32,000 nt of DNA from Erysipelotrichaceae bacterium (GCA_021769225.1 JAETTH010000002.1:1-32000); one strand, 5' to 3'. Counted from the first letter of the stretch, positions 15,910 through 25,962 are shown. Translations and numbers: made by a program. The notes: generated from the letters alone by a model not told the origin.

Positions 15910-16611
15910 TTGCTAACTGCCATTTCAATTTCTGGGTTTTTAGCCTTTTTAAAATCTGCTATTTTTGTTGTTGGATATATTCAAAGTAGTAATTTGTTTC
16001 CAGAGCCATTGTCTTCAGAAGAGGAAAAACAATATTTAGAAAAATTTAAACAAGGCGATGAAGAGGCAAGAAACATTTTAATTGAAAGAAACTTAAGACT
16101 AGTAGCACATGTTTGTAAAAAATATTCTTCAACAAAAATTGAACAGGATGATTTGATTTCAATTGGTACAATTGGATTAATAAAAGGAATTAATAGTTTT
16201 GAGCCAAGTAAAGGGGTACGTTTAGCAACTTATGCATCAAGATGTATTGATAATGAGATTTTGATGTATTTACGTTCTACTAAAAAGTTGGGAGCAGAGG
16301 TTTATTTAAATGAGCCGATAGGAAAAGATAAGGATGATAATGAAGTGACTCTTCAAGAGGTGCTGGAAAATGATGAGAAGAGTATTGAAGAAGAGGTTGA
16401 TTTGAAATTGAAGGTGAAAAAGCTATATGCTAAAATGAAAGAGGTATTAAAGGGAAGAGAAAAATCAATTTTAGAATTACGATTTGGATTGGATGGTTCA
16501 AAACCTAAAACCCAAAATCAGATTGCAGAAATGATGGGGATTTCTAGAAGTTATGTGTCGAGGATAGAGACTAAAGCAATTGGAAAGTTGTCAAAAGAAT
16601 TTAAAGAATAA
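15910..16611 (+). CDS. sigK: sporulation sigma factor K (pro-sigma-K form)
   Basis: TTG start after GGAGGTG. VVGYIQSSNLFPEPLSSEEEKQYLEKFKQGDEEARNILIERNLRLVAHVCKKY closely parallels B. subtilis SigK [22 protein letters not shown]...IEHNLRLVAHIVKKF. The region 4 HTH is ISRSYVSRIETKA. Confidence 0.85.
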   Translation: MLTAISISGFLAFLKSAIFVVGYIQSSNLFPEPLSSEEEKQYLEKFKQGDEEARNILIERNLRLVAHVCKKYSSTKIEQDDLISIGTIGLIKGINSFEPSKGVRLATYASRCIDNEILMYLRSTKKLGAEVYLNEPIGKDKDDNEVTLQEVLENDEKSIEEEVDLKLKVKKLYAKMKEVLKGREKSILELRFGLDGSKPKTQNQIAEMMGISRSYVSRIETKAIGKLSKEFKE

Positions 16612-16740
16612 ACAGATAAAGAAAGTAAGTAAAAGTTCTATATGAGAATGGACATACAACTCAAATTCTATTGAAGGAAATACTTACTCTATTTTAAATT
16701 ATTGAAAATCATGGTTGTAATTATAAAAGAATATATAAAA

Positions 16741-17694
16741 TTATTTTGGAACAATTTCTAATCCACAATTTAAGCTCTTGTCTGAAAAGATAACGGTATT
16801 TTCCTTCTTTAAAGTTACATTGATAAAGGCAGAAATACTTTCAAAAATATCTTTTTCCATTTTACCTTTAACAGGTGAGGAGAGCTTATTTACTATATTA
16901 GCACTTGATTCTACTGTTAAAGAGTAATCTCTTTTTTTTAAGATAACATTTAAGGAATTATTATTTAACTCATATTTAATTAAATTAGTGTGGTTATACG
17001 TAGTGAATTTAAATTCTTGATTATTTATGATAAGAACACAAATAATTCCTCTAAAATGAAATAATTTGAAGGGAATATCTGCTATGGAAAGCATAAAACT
17101 GGCATTTGATTTTTGAAAATTGTTACCTTCACACCAAATGTAAGACTGAGGAAAAGAACATCCCCAATCTTTTTCAATATATCCTAGTCCTTCATCAAAA
17201 TTTAAGTTAGTATCATTTATTGTAATTGCCCCATAAGCATCACTTTTCATACTTAATATAGCATGATTACATTCCATAAAAGGAATATAGGAAAAAGGAC
17301 CCATTATATTAGGATATAAAGAAGAGGTATTGATGTTTTTGCTATTTGAATATCTTATTTTACCATGTACATTTAAATTTTGCATTTCATCTTTTATATC
17401 GATTTGTATTGCCTCTTTTGAAAAAGAATTGTTTCCGATATGAATGCAAAAGGGTGAAAAATCACATTTAAAATCTTTTATATTGTAATCAACAAAATAA
17501 GAAGAGTTATTTGTAATTACTTGTATAAAAGCTTTTTTGTTTTCATTATCTATACTAATTCCGGGAATAAAAGAAATGCCATTTTCACGGTTTGTATTTT
17601 TGAAATACCAACCCTCAAAATAATTTGTGTTTTTAGTTAAATATTTTTCACCTTGAAATAAATCAGGATTTTTCATTAAAAATAATTTATTCAT
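16741..17694 (-). CDS. tocopherol-cyclase-family-like protein (317 aa)
   Basis: The N-terminal YFEGWYFK motif matches the FFEGWYF motif of the tocopherol cyclase (VTE1) family. The rest is not diagnostic by eye. Confidence 0.45.
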   Translation of the reverse strand: MNKLFLMKNPDLFQGEKYLTKNTNYFEGWYFKNTNRENGISFIPGISIDNENKKAFIQVITNNSSYFVDYNIKDFKCDFSPFCIHIGNNSFSKEAIQIDIKDEMQNLNVHGKIRYSNSKNINTSSLYPNIMGPFSYIPFMECNHAILSMKSDAYGAITINDTNLNFDEGLGYIEKDWGCSFPQSYIWCEGNNFQKSNASFMLSIADIPFKLFHFRGIICVLIINNQEFKFTTYNHTNLIKYELNNNSLNVILKKRDYSLTVESSANIVNKLSSPVKGKMEKDIFESISAFINVTLKKENTVIFSDKSLNCGLEIVPK

Positions 17695-17714
17695 GATAAT
17701 AGGATTAACAAAAA

Positions 17715-17747
17715 TAAAAAATAAATACCTAAAGTATTTATTTTTTT
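17715..17747 (-). terminator. AT-rich hairpin terminator after the esterase gene
   Basis: AAAAAATAAATAC-CTAAA-GTATTTATTTTTT has a stem of 10 bp or more with flanking A/T runs. Confidence 0.5.
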
Positions 17748-17836
17748 ATGATAATTGGAATTAAATTGTAAATTACTCTTTCTATTTTCTTATAACTTTT
17801 ACCATATCTTTTAATGTTTTACGATTATGTGAGAAT

Positions 17837-18808
17837 TCAATAATACATAAAACATTGATTTTTACGATTAAGCCAAGAAATAGAAAGATCCATAGCAGCT
17901 CTACAGGCATTGGTTTGATCCAAACTATTTAGCATAACAAAATCATGAATCATCCCCTGAAATCTCACAGCTGTTACGTTGTTACAAGCCTCTCTTAGTT
18001 TATTAGCATAAGCTTCTCCTTCATCTCTTAGTACATCAGCCTCTCCATTTAAAATCATAGCATCTGGAAGATTTTTTAGTTGCTCTATACTTGCTTTTAA
18101 TGGGGTAGCGAAAATGGAATTTCTTTTTCGAAAATTAGGTTCATATTGATTCCAAAACCATTTCATACCATCACGATATAAATAATAGCCAGTTGCAAAT
18201 TCTAGATAGGATGCTGTATTAAAATTATCATTGGTAACTGGATAATATAGTAGTTGTTTGTGAATTTTAGGACCATTTTGGAATTTTGACATTAGTGTCA
18301 TAGCAATTGCCATATTTCCTCCAACACTATCACCTGCAACTGTTAAAGTACTCATATCTGCAACAATATGGTTACACTCTAAGATATCTGGTATTTGATT
18401 TAAAATAGAATAACATTGTTCGATTGCAACTGGAAATCTAGCTTCAGGAGAACGTGTATATTCTGGAAAGATAACAACACAATTGGTTCGATAAGCAAGT
18501 TCCCTTACTAATTTTTCATGTGTATGAAAACTTCCAAAGACCCACCCTGCGCCATGGATATAGAAAATTACATTTCTTACAGATTCATAATAAGAAGGAA
18601 TAATGGTGTAAACAGGAATACAGCCATGACATTTAGTATCAATTGAATTTTGATAAATAATAGTAGGATACATATATACAGGCATATTTTGGGCATCTTC
18701 TAGTATTTGCCTTCCTTTGGTAACTGGAAGCTCAAAGATAAGTGGTGGTATTGAACTTTGCTTAGCAACTTCACAGGCAGCATTTTCTAATACTACTTTT
18801 TGATTCAT
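17837..18808 (-). CDS. alpha/beta hydrolase, hormone-sensitive-lipase-type esterase family
   Basis: HGAGWVFGS is an oxyanion HGGG-type motif, GDSVGGN is the GxSxG nucleophile elbow, and there are C-terminal D and H residues (GMIHDF). Confidence 0.8.
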   Translation of the reverse strand: MNQKVVLENAACEVAKQSSIPPLIFELPVTKGRQILEDAQNMPVYMYPTIIYQNSIDTKCHGCIPVYTIIPSYYESVRNVIFYIHGAGWVFGSFHTHEKLVRELAYRTNCVVIFPEYTRSPEARFPVAIEQCYSILNQIPDILECNHIVADMSTLTVAGDSVGGNMAIAMTLMSKFQNGPKIHKQLLYYPVTNDNFNTASYLEFATGYYLYRDGMKWFWNQYEPNFRKRNSIFATPLKASIEQLKNLPDAMILNGEADVLRDEGEAYANKLREACNNVTAVRFQGMIHDFVMLNSLDQTNACRAAMDLSISWLNRKNQCFMYY

Positions 18809-18924
18809 AAGAATTCTCTCCTTAAAAATATTAAATAGTTATATCTATATCATATGAATCTTCTGGATTTTATGACATTTTTTCATAGGAAAATAAAATA
18901 ATTGACGAATTGTTAAGATGGTTA

Positions 18925-18953
18925 TTGAAAATGAAAATTGGGTATGATAAAAT
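18925..18953 (+). promoter_or_regulatory. sigma-A type promoter for the methyltransferase gene
   Basis: TTGAAA (18925-18930), a 17-nt spacer, TG-A-TAAAAT (18945-18953). Confidence 0.5.
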
Positions 18954-19014
18954 GAAAAAGTCGAAAAAAAGTAGACAAAAGAAGAAATATGTATAAGGCA
19001 ATTAGGAGAAAAAT

Positions 19015-19860
19015 ATGGGAAAGATCAAAGCAGCAGCTCCAGTTCTAAAATGGGTTGGAGGCAAAAGACAATTGTTAAAGAAAATAAAAGAATATGTGCC
19101 TGAATTTACAACCTATTATGAACCTTTTGTAGGAGGTGGTGCACTTCTTTTTGATTTGCAACCTCAAAAGGCAATTGTCAATGATTTAAATAGTGAACTA
19201 ATTAATGTATACCAAGTGATAAAAGAGAATTCTGAGGACTTAATTACAGAGCTAAGTAATGAAAAAAAATATGCTAATAACTCAAAATGTTTTTATAAAA
19301 TTCGTGAGTTAGATCGAAAACCAAGAAAATTTCAAAGCTTAACACCAGTTGAAAAAGCAGCTAGAGTGATTTATTTAAATAAAACTTGTTTTAATGGATT
19401 ATATAGAGTCAATAGCCTAGGAGAATTTAATTCTCCATTTGGAAATTATCCAAAACCCAATATTGTAAATAAAGAGGTAATTGAAGCGGTAAGTAAATAT
19501 TTTAATCAAGCAGAAATTACATTTTTAAATGGTGATTTTGAAGAGACAATCAAGGGAATTAAAGCAGACTCATTTGTTTACTTAGATCCACCATATGAGC
19601 CAATTTCTAGGACTTCTAATTTTACGGGATATAATGAAAATGGATTTGGAAGAGAAGAACAAATAAGATTGAAAAAAATGTGTGATAAATTAAATAAAAG
19701 ACAGGTTAGATTTTTACAATCGAATTCTGACTGTGAATTCATTCGTAAGTTATATGATGGATATGAGATAATTCCCATTAAAGCGAGGAGATCAGTTAGT
19801 TGTGTGGCAAGTACAAGATGTGAAATAGGGGAAGTATTAATTCGAAATTATACAAATTAA
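19015..19860 (+). CDS. D12-class N6-adenine DNA methyltransferase (Dam/DpnM-like)
   Basis: LKWVGGKRQLL, EPFVGGGALLF (the FxGxG AdoMet motif) and YLDPPY (the DPPY catalytic motif). The motif order is that of alpha-group Dam-type enzymes. Confidence 0.88.
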   Translation: MGKIKAAAPVLKWVGGKRQLLKKIKEYVPEFTTYYEPFVGGGALLFDLQPQKAIVNDLNSELINVYQVIKENSEDLITELSNEKKYANNSKCFYKIRELDRKPRKFQSLTPVEKAARVIYLNKTCFNGLYRVNSLGEFNSPFGNYPKPNIVNKEVIEAVSKYFNQAEITFLNGDFEETIKGIKADSFVYLDPPYEPISRTSNFTGYNENGFGREEQIRLKKMCDKLNKRQVRFLQSNSDCEFIRKLYDGYEIIPIKARRSVSCVASTRCEIGEVLIRNYTN

Positions 19861-19864
19861 AATA

Positions 19865-19892
19865 GCGTTACTTAAAAGTAGCGTTATTTTTT
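19865..19892 (+). terminator. rho-independent terminator
   Basis: GCGTTACT-TAAA-AGTAGCGT forms an 8-bp stem with two G-T pairs and is followed by TATTTTTT. Confidence 0.5.
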
Positions 19893-20028
19893 GCTAAAAA
19901 AGTGACGAAATTGTAAGAAAGATTTAGGCGAATCTTTGAAAAAAATACTAGACTTGGAAAGAAATATGTAGTAGAATTATAAAATGGAAAAGGGGAACTA
20001 AATTTAAAGAAAGGCAAAGAGAGAAAGT

Positions 20029-21372
20029 ATGGGAAAAAAGCAAAATAAAATTTTAAACTTATTTTTAATCTATATTATGATTCAACCAGTAGTTGACGTA
20101 TTTACATCATTATCAGTTCGATATTTAGAAATGTCCCTAACAATCGGAGTTTTAATCAGAACGTTATTCATGGTAGTTGTTGCAATTTATGCTTTAGTGG
20201 TATTAGACAAAAAGGATAAAATCAAACTTTTTATTTATTATGCCCTAATGGCTGTTTATATGATTGGATTTTTAGCAGTATCATTTGTGGAAAATGGAGC
20301 AAGTTCAATTATTATCCAAATGAAAGGGTTAGTAAGAACCTTTTACTTGCCAGTAGCTATTGCAGCTTTATTTCTTTTATTTCGAAAAAATAGATATCAA
20401 ATTAACCATCAAGTATTTGTAGCAACATTATTTTTATATACGGCAACTATATTTATTGCTAGATTATCAGGAGCAGCATTTTCTACTTATAACACAGGAC
20501 TTGGAGTTGGGACAGTAGGATTATATTATGCAGCAAATGAAATTGGTGCAATTCTTTGTATTTTAGCTCCAATTTTAGTAATTCAATTATTAACTCAAAA
20601 ACTAAATTGGGGAAATGTAGTTTCTTTAGTTTTATTAATTTTTGCTATTTTTGAAATGGGAACCAAAGTACCTTTTTTAGGTGTATTAGGATTAGCTTTT
20701 GTTACAATCGTTATTTGTATAATTCAATACTTTGCAAAAAAAGATAAAGGATATTTAAGAAAAGGGCTTGCAACAATTGGAATCTTAGTAGTGTGTATAT
20801 TTGTTGTAGGTTATACACCAATTGGAAATAACATGGAAAGAGTTTATGGACCTATTTTCCCTAAGATAATACAAGTAGGAGAAGAGCAGACAACAACCAA
20901 TAATAAACCAATTACAACATTTCAAGAATTTCAAACAGAAAGTGTTAGTGGAAGAGATGAATTCTTAAAAGCAAATAAAGAAAAATTCTTTAGTGGCAGT
21001 AGTCTTGATCGTATCTTTGGTATTGGATACTTAACCAATATAAACGGAGAGGTAAAAGAAACAAAACTAGTAGAAATGGACTATTTCGATATTTTCTTTA
21101 ACCAGGGATATTTAGGAACAATTGTATTTTTTGCACCAATTGCCTATATTGCTCTTGTTACAATTTGGAATTTATTAAAGAACTTTAAGAAGATGATTTT
21201 AGATCCAGAAATTCTACTTATGGGATATTCTGTTTTTATCTCTTTTGGAATTGCACTTTTAGCAGGACATGTTTTAGTAGCACCAGCAGTTAGTATTTAT
21301 ATGGCTGTATTTATGATTCTTCTATATTTTAAAGTAGAAGATTTGAAAAAACAAAAAGAAATTGTAGAATAG
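20029..21372 (+). CDS. O-antigen ligase/polymerase-like polytopic membrane protein
   Basis: It has about 10-12 hydrophobic segments with one large hydrophilic loop (residues about 275-345), the size and topology typical of the Wzy/O-antigen-ligase-like family. It is the first gene of a glycan cluster. Confidence 0.55.
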   Translation: MGKKQNKILNLFLIYIMIQPVVDVFTSLSVRYLEMSLTIGVLIRTLFMVVVAIYALVVLDKKDKIKLFIYYALMAVYMIGFLAVSFVENGASSIIIQMKGLVRTFYLPVAIAALFLLFRKNRYQINHQVFVATLFLYTATIFIARLSGAAFSTYNTGLGVGTVGLYYAANEIGAILCILAPILVIQLLTQKLNWGNVVSLVLLIFAIFEMGTKVPFLGVLGLAFVTIVICIIQYFAKKDKGYLRKGLATIGILVVCIFVVGYTPIGNNMERVYGPIFPKIIQVGEEQTTTNNKPITTFQEFQTESVSGRDEFLKANKEKFFSGSSLDRIFGIGYLTNINGEVKETKLVEMDYFDIFFNQGYLGTIVFFAPIAYIALVTIWNLLKNFKKMILDPEILLMGYSVFISFGIALLAGHVLVAPAVSIYMAVFMILLYFKVEDLKKQKEIVE

Positions 21373-21381
21373 GAAAAAAAT

Positions 21382-22524
21382 ATGGAGAAAGTAACAATCT
21401 TAGTTCTTCATTTAGGAACTGGAGGAATTGAAAATTCTATTATAACACTAAGTAATATACTTTGTGAAAAATATGAAGTTGAGATTATTTCAACCTATAA
21501 GTTGTATGATAAGCCAGCCTTCTACATTGATCCAAGAGTAAAAGTTACTTATTTAATGGAAGATTTAAAACCAAACCGTGAGGAATTTAAAAATGCAATT
21601 AAACAATTTCATGTAATAAAGACCTTCAAAGAAGGTTTTAAAAGCATGAAAGTATTGTACTATAAAAAGAGAAAGATGGTTCAAACGATAAAAAATCTTC
21701 ACTCTGATTTTGCAATTACAACAAGAGATATTCATAATAAATGGCTTGGTAAATATGGAAAGCATGTAAAAGTAAAAATTGCTCAAGAACATAATCATCA
21801 TAATAATCATCAAAGATATATTAAAAGAATTATTCGTTCACTAAAAAAGATTGATTACTTTATGCCAGTATCACAAGAACTCGCAGATTTTTATACAAAA
21901 AAACTAGAAGGAAAAAGGGCAAAATGTGTGTATATTCCACATTGCTTGGAGATTTATCCAGAAAGTGTATCTGATTTAACACAAATGAATTTATTATCAA
22001 TTGGTAGATTGAGTAAAGAAAAGGGATATGTAGATTTAATTGATGTCTTTGAGCTAGTTCATCAAAAGTATCCTAAGTGGAAGTTAAATATTTGTGGTAA
22101 TGGAGAAGAAATGCCAATTTTAAAGTCTAAAATAGAAAGGTTAAATTTGGCAGAGCAGATTCATTTGTTGGGATTTAAGAATAAAGAAGAGATTGCCAAA
22201 TTATCTTTAAACTCTTCGATTTATGTTATGACTTCTTATACGGAATCTTTTGGCCTTGTTTTGATTGAAGCCCAGAGTTATGGGTTGCCTTTAGTTGCTT
22301 TTGATAGTGCACAAGGTGCAAATGAGATTATTGAAAATGAGGTAAACGGATATTTAGTCTCAAATCGAGATAAAAAAGAAATGGCAGATATCATTGGTAA
22401 GTTAATTGAAGATCAAGAATTAAGAAATAAAATAGGACAAGCAGGAAGAGAAAAATCAAAATTATATAAAAAAGAAAATATATCAAAACAATGGTTTAAA
22501 TTTTTGGATAAAATAAAGGAGTAG
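21382..22524 (+). CDS. glycosyltransferase family 4 (GT-B, retaining)
   Basis: The C-terminal Glycos_transf_1 signature is SYTESFGLVLIEAQSYGLPLVAFD...NGYLV. Confidence 0.85.
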   Translation: MEKVTILVLHLGTGGIENSIITLSNILCEKYEVEIISTYKLYDKPAFYIDPRVKVTYLMEDLKPNREEFKNAIKQFHVIKTFKEGFKSMKVLYYKKRKMVQTIKNLHSDFAITTRDIHNKWLGKYGKHVKVKIAQEHNHHNNHQRYIKRIIRSLKKIDYFMPVSQELADFYTKKLEGKRAKCVYIPHCLEIYPESVSDLTQMNLLSIGRLSKEKGYVDLIDVFELVHQKYPKWKLNICGNGEEMPILKSKIERLNLAEQIHLLGFKNKEEIAKLSLNSSIYVMTSYTESFGLVLIEAQSYGLPLVAFDSAQGANEIIENEVNGYLVSNRDKKEMADIIGKLIEDQELRNKIGQAGREKSKLYKKENISKQWFKFLDKIKE

Positions 22525-22530
22525 AGAAAT

Positions 22531-24060
22531 TTGAGAACATCAAATTCAATTAAGAACTTTTTTACCACAATCCTTCCTTATGCAATTATTACATTTTTAG
22601 GATTTTGGAAAGTTCGAGCATTTATTACCAATTTAGGAAATGATATTTATTCAGTTAATCAGGTATTTTATCAAATTTTTACCTATTTATCATTAGCAGA
22701 AGCTGGAATTGGAATTATTGCTGTACAGAAATATTATAAGTTATTGGTTGAGAATAATAAAGATGAGATTAATCAAGTTTATAGTGCATCTAAAATCTTT
22801 TTGAAAAAAGTTGCATTTTTGATGTTAGGTATAGGTGCTATCGTATCTTTCTTTTTAAAATTTTTAACCAAAAATGATTTATCACTTGGTTATTTGCAAC
22901 TTGTGTTTATGCTATTTTTAGTGCGTAATTTAGTAGATTATTTTATGTTTTCACCACGTTTTGTGATTCAAGCAGATCAGAAGGCATATAAGATCAATTT
23001 CTGGATTAATTTCTTTAAAATAGCAGAAACAGCAGTAGAAATTGGATTAATTTATTTAAAATTAAATTATGTTATTATTTTAATACCGGCAATCTTTATT
23101 CGTTTTATTGCTAATATTGTGATTAATCGTGTAGTAAGTAAAGAATATCCTTGGCTTACCGCAGTAAAAAATCCAAATAAATCTATTTTAAAAGGAACAA
23201 AAGATTTTTTAGCATATCGTATTTGTGATATTGTTTATAGTAATACCGATTTATTAATTATTTCTTCTACTTTGGATTCGATTTATGTTGTTATCTATTC
23301 CGGTTATAACTATATTGTGAAAACAATTACAGAAATTATTAACTTAATTATGCAAGCAATTGTGCCAAGTCTGGGAAATGCAATTAATAAAGAAAGTAAA
23401 GAAGATAGTTATCAGATTTTTGAAGAACAAAATAGCTTATTTGCGTTTTTTGCTATGTTTTTCTCGGTTTGTGTTTTTGCTTTGATTGAAAAGTTTGTTG
23501 TTTTATGGATGGGAGAAGACAAGATTTTAGGAATGGTAGCTCTTGCACTATTAATTGGTTCATTATTCCATTTAATCTATCAAAAAGTAATTGTCAATAT
23601 TGTGGAAGTAAAAGGATGGTTTAAACAAACCAGAAATATTGCAATAGCAGAAGCTGTTACTAATGTTATTCTATCTATTATTCTAGTACAATTTTTAGGT
23701 GTCACTGGTGTTATTTTAGCTACCATTATTGCTACACTTTGTACAAAATTTTGGTATTATCCAGTTTATGTATATAAACATCAATTTGAAAGAAAGCCAA
23801 CAAAGTATTATCTAAACTTTTTTACTGATTTAGCAGTAACAATTGTGGTATCTGGACTTTTCTTCTATGTTGTAAATAAATTTACAGTAACAAACTATTT
23901 TATCTGGATTATTCTAGCTGCTATTTGTGCAATGATTGCAGGAGTCGTAATTTTAGGATATAAATTTGCTGTTTCAAAGGATTTTAGAAGATTAACTCAA
24001 AAAGTATGGTATTTAGTAAAAACAAAAATTTTAAAAAAGAATAACGCACTAGAAGGGTAA
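22531..24060 (+). CDS. Wzx-type oligosaccharide flippase (MOP superfamily)
   Basis: TTG start 9 nt after AAGGAG. The 509-aa protein has about 12-14 TM segments and sits within the GT cluster. Confidence 0.65.
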   Translation: MRTSNSIKNFFTTILPYAIITFLGFWKVRAFITNLGNDIYSVNQVFYQIFTYLSLAEAGIGIIAVQKYYKLLVENNKDEINQVYSASKIFLKKVAFLMLGIGAIVSFFLKFLTKNDLSLGYLQLVFMLFLVRNLVDYFMFSPRFVIQADQKAYKINFWINFFKIAETAVEIGLIYLKLNYVIILIPAIFIRFIANIVINRVVSKEYPWLTAVKNPNKSILKGTKDFLAYRICDIVYSNTDLLIISSTLDSIYVVIYSGYNYIVKTITEIINLIMQAIVPSLGNAINKESKEDSYQIFEEQNSLFAFFAMFFSVCVFALIEKFVVLWMGEDKILGMVALALLIGSLFHLIYQKVIVNIVEVKGWFKQTRNIAIAEAVTNVILSIILVQFLGVTGVILATIIATLCTKFWYYPVYVYKHQFERKPTKYYLNFFTDLAVTIVVSGLFFYVVNKFTVTNYFIWIILAAICAMIAGVVILGYKFAVSKDFRRLTQKVWYLVKTKILKKNNALEG

Positions 24061-24076
24061 AAAAGGGGTGGATAAC

Positions 24077-25264
24077 ATGAAGAAGATATCGGTTATTATG
24101 CCAAGTTATAATGATGCTGTAAGTATTGTAGAAACATTAGATTCTTTAATAGAGCAAGATTATACGAATTGGGAATTAGTGATTGTAGATGATGGCTCAA
24201 CAGACAACACAAAAGAAGTGATTCAAAAATATAAAGAGGAAAAAGACAAAGAGAATAAAATTACATATCTTTATCAACAAAATGCTGATCAATTAAATGC
24301 TATTTTAAATGGATTAGATCACACAGATGGCGATTTTATCTTTATTTTGCATTCAGATGATTTAATCAATGAAAAAGATTCTTTTACAAAATGTGTAGCT
24401 TATATGGAAGAACATCCTGAAATAACTGAGATAATTGGAGATTTAACTACAATTGATGAAAATAGTAATTATACAGGAATGCAAAGAGTAAATGATTATA
24501 AAAAGGAACACTATGTCTTACCTTTGCAACTTTTATGGCTTGGAAGAAATTTGTTTATTGATGTTGCTTTTCATCGTAGAGAAACTTTTATAAAGAAGGT
24601 AAAAGAAAACTATGTAAAATGGAATACTCCATTTTGGATGAATTTTAAAGCTAAAGAATCAATTGAAATGTTAAATGTTAAAAAAGTAGACTTTAGTTTT
24701 TATAAGTATCGTATTTTTAGTGGAAACTATGTGAATAGTTATAAAGGAAAATTAAATGTTATTAATGGAGAGCTAAGAACTTTAGTAGGATTGATGAAAT
24801 TCTATAATATTCCAGCATATCGATTCCAATATCTTGTTTATCGTACTTTTAATAAATTAGGATTATTCAATTTATATAGGCCAATTTATCAAAAGAAAGA
24901 GCAACAAGAAAAGGGTACTGTTGTAGAGTTTGTAATTAAGAAAAGATTTGGTGAAGAGTATAAAAAAAATAGATTCCTAAAAGTATTAGTTGATTTTTAT
25001 CAAAAACAGACCGATAGAGAAGTAGTTCTAGACAAGGAAATTGATGCAGATTTTGTTTATCAAGGAAAAGATAATGCTAAATTTAACAATGCACTTCTTG
25101 CAGATGATTTAAATGAAATTTACTTAAGAATGTTTGATGAAATGGAGCAAGGTTTTTCAAAAGTAATTGTAAAAAATGAAAAGGAAAAGGAAAAAATAGA
25201 AAATATATTAAGATTTCTATGTGTTTATCCTTTTGTAGAAGTAAAAATAAAAGAAGGAGTGTAA
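24077..25264 (+). CDS. glycosyltransferase family 2
   Basis: KISVIMPSYNDAVSIVETLDSLIEQDYTNWELVIVDDGSTDNT, plus HSDD. The ATG at 24077 is preferred over the track's GTG at 24068 (AGGGGTGG RBS at 24063-24070). Confidence 0.85.
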   Translation: MKKISVIMPSYNDAVSIVETLDSLIEQDYTNWELVIVDDGSTDNTKEVIQKYKEEKDKENKITYLYQQNADQLNAILNGLDHTDGDFIFILHSDDLINEKDSFTKCVAYMEEHPEITEIIGDLTTIDENSNYTGMQRVNDYKKEHYVLPLQLLWLGRNLFIDVAFHRRETFIKKVKENYVKWNTPFWMNFKAKESIEMLNVKKVDFSFYKYRIFSGNYVNSYKGKLNVINGELRTLVGLMKFYNIPAYRFQYLVYRTFNKLGLFNLYRPIYQKKEQQEKGTVVEFVIKKRFGEEYKKNRFLKVLVDFYQKQTDREVVLDKEIDADFVYQGKDNAKFNNALLADDLNEIYLRMFDEMEQGFSKVIVKNEKEKEKIENILRFLCVYPFVEVKIKEGV

Positions 25265-25269
25265 AGTAT

Positions 25270-25962
25270 ATGATTCCCAAAAAGATTCATTATATCTGGG
25301 TTGGAGGAAAGGAAAAACCAGAAAATATTAAAAGATGTCTTGCCACTTGGAAAGAAAAGCTAAAAGATTATGAGATTATTGAGTGGAATGAGAGTAATTT
25401 TAATATTTCCTCTCATCCTTATACGAAAGCTGCATATGAAGCAAAAAAATGGGCCTTTGTTAGTGACTACATCAGAGCTTATGCTTTAGATAAAGAAGGA
25501 GGAATTTATTTAGACACGGATGTTTTAGTACTAGAAGAGTTTGGAGATGCTTTAGAAAATCAGGCTTTTATAGGATTTGAAAATCCAAATTATATTTCAG
25601 CAGCTATTATTGGCGCACAAAAAGAACATCCATTTATCAAATCAATTTTAAACTATTATGATACTTTGGATAGTGCTTCTTTTAATTTTAATGATAATAA
25701 TTCTATTTCCGTTTCTAAAATTTTAACGGATCAATTTGGCGCGAAAATGGGAAATGAGGAACAAATTCTAAAGGATGGAATTCATATTTATCCAGATGGT
25801 GTATTTTCAAACCCATCCAAAGATTCTAGAACAATTCATTTGTTTACGGGAACATGGCTAGAGCAAAAGCCAGGTATCAAAAAGAAAATATGTGACTTTT
25901 TAAAGATTCGTCTAACAACAAAGAAAAGAGCCATATTATATAACAAGTTTTTTAGAAGTTAA
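25270..25962 (+). CDS. DXD-motif glycosyltransferase (Gly_transf_sug / GT32-like)
   Basis: MIPKKIHYIWVGG...SDYIRAYAL...GGIYLDTDV is the signature of the sugar-binding glycosyltransferase family. The ATG at 25270 follows AAGGAGTG; the track's upstream start overlaps the GT2 gene. Confidence 0.75.
   Translation: MIPKKIHYIWVGGKEKPENIKRCLATWKEKLKDYEIIEWNESNFNISSHPYTKAAYEAKKWAFVSDYIRAYALDKEGGIYLDTDVLVLEEFGDALENQAFIGFENPNYISAAIIGAQKEHPFIKSILNYYDTLDSASFNFNDNNSISVSKILTDQFGAKMGNEEQILKDGIHIYPDGVFSNPSKDSRTIHLFTGTWLEQKPGIKKKICDFLKIRLTTKKRAILYNKFFRS

Noticed and set aside
15910-16611. A possible skin-like element or split sigK
   Set aside because: The ORF is continuous across all sigma regions (2.x through the 4.2 HTH), and no recombinase gene is adjacent.
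19015-21372. The methyltransferase plus its downstream gene as a type II restriction-modification pair
   Set aside because: The downstream protein is a polytopic membrane protein of the Wzy/O-antigen-ligase type and is separated by a terminator. The upstream gene is an esterase on the other strand. No nuclease motifs (PD-(D/E)XK or HNH) were seen.
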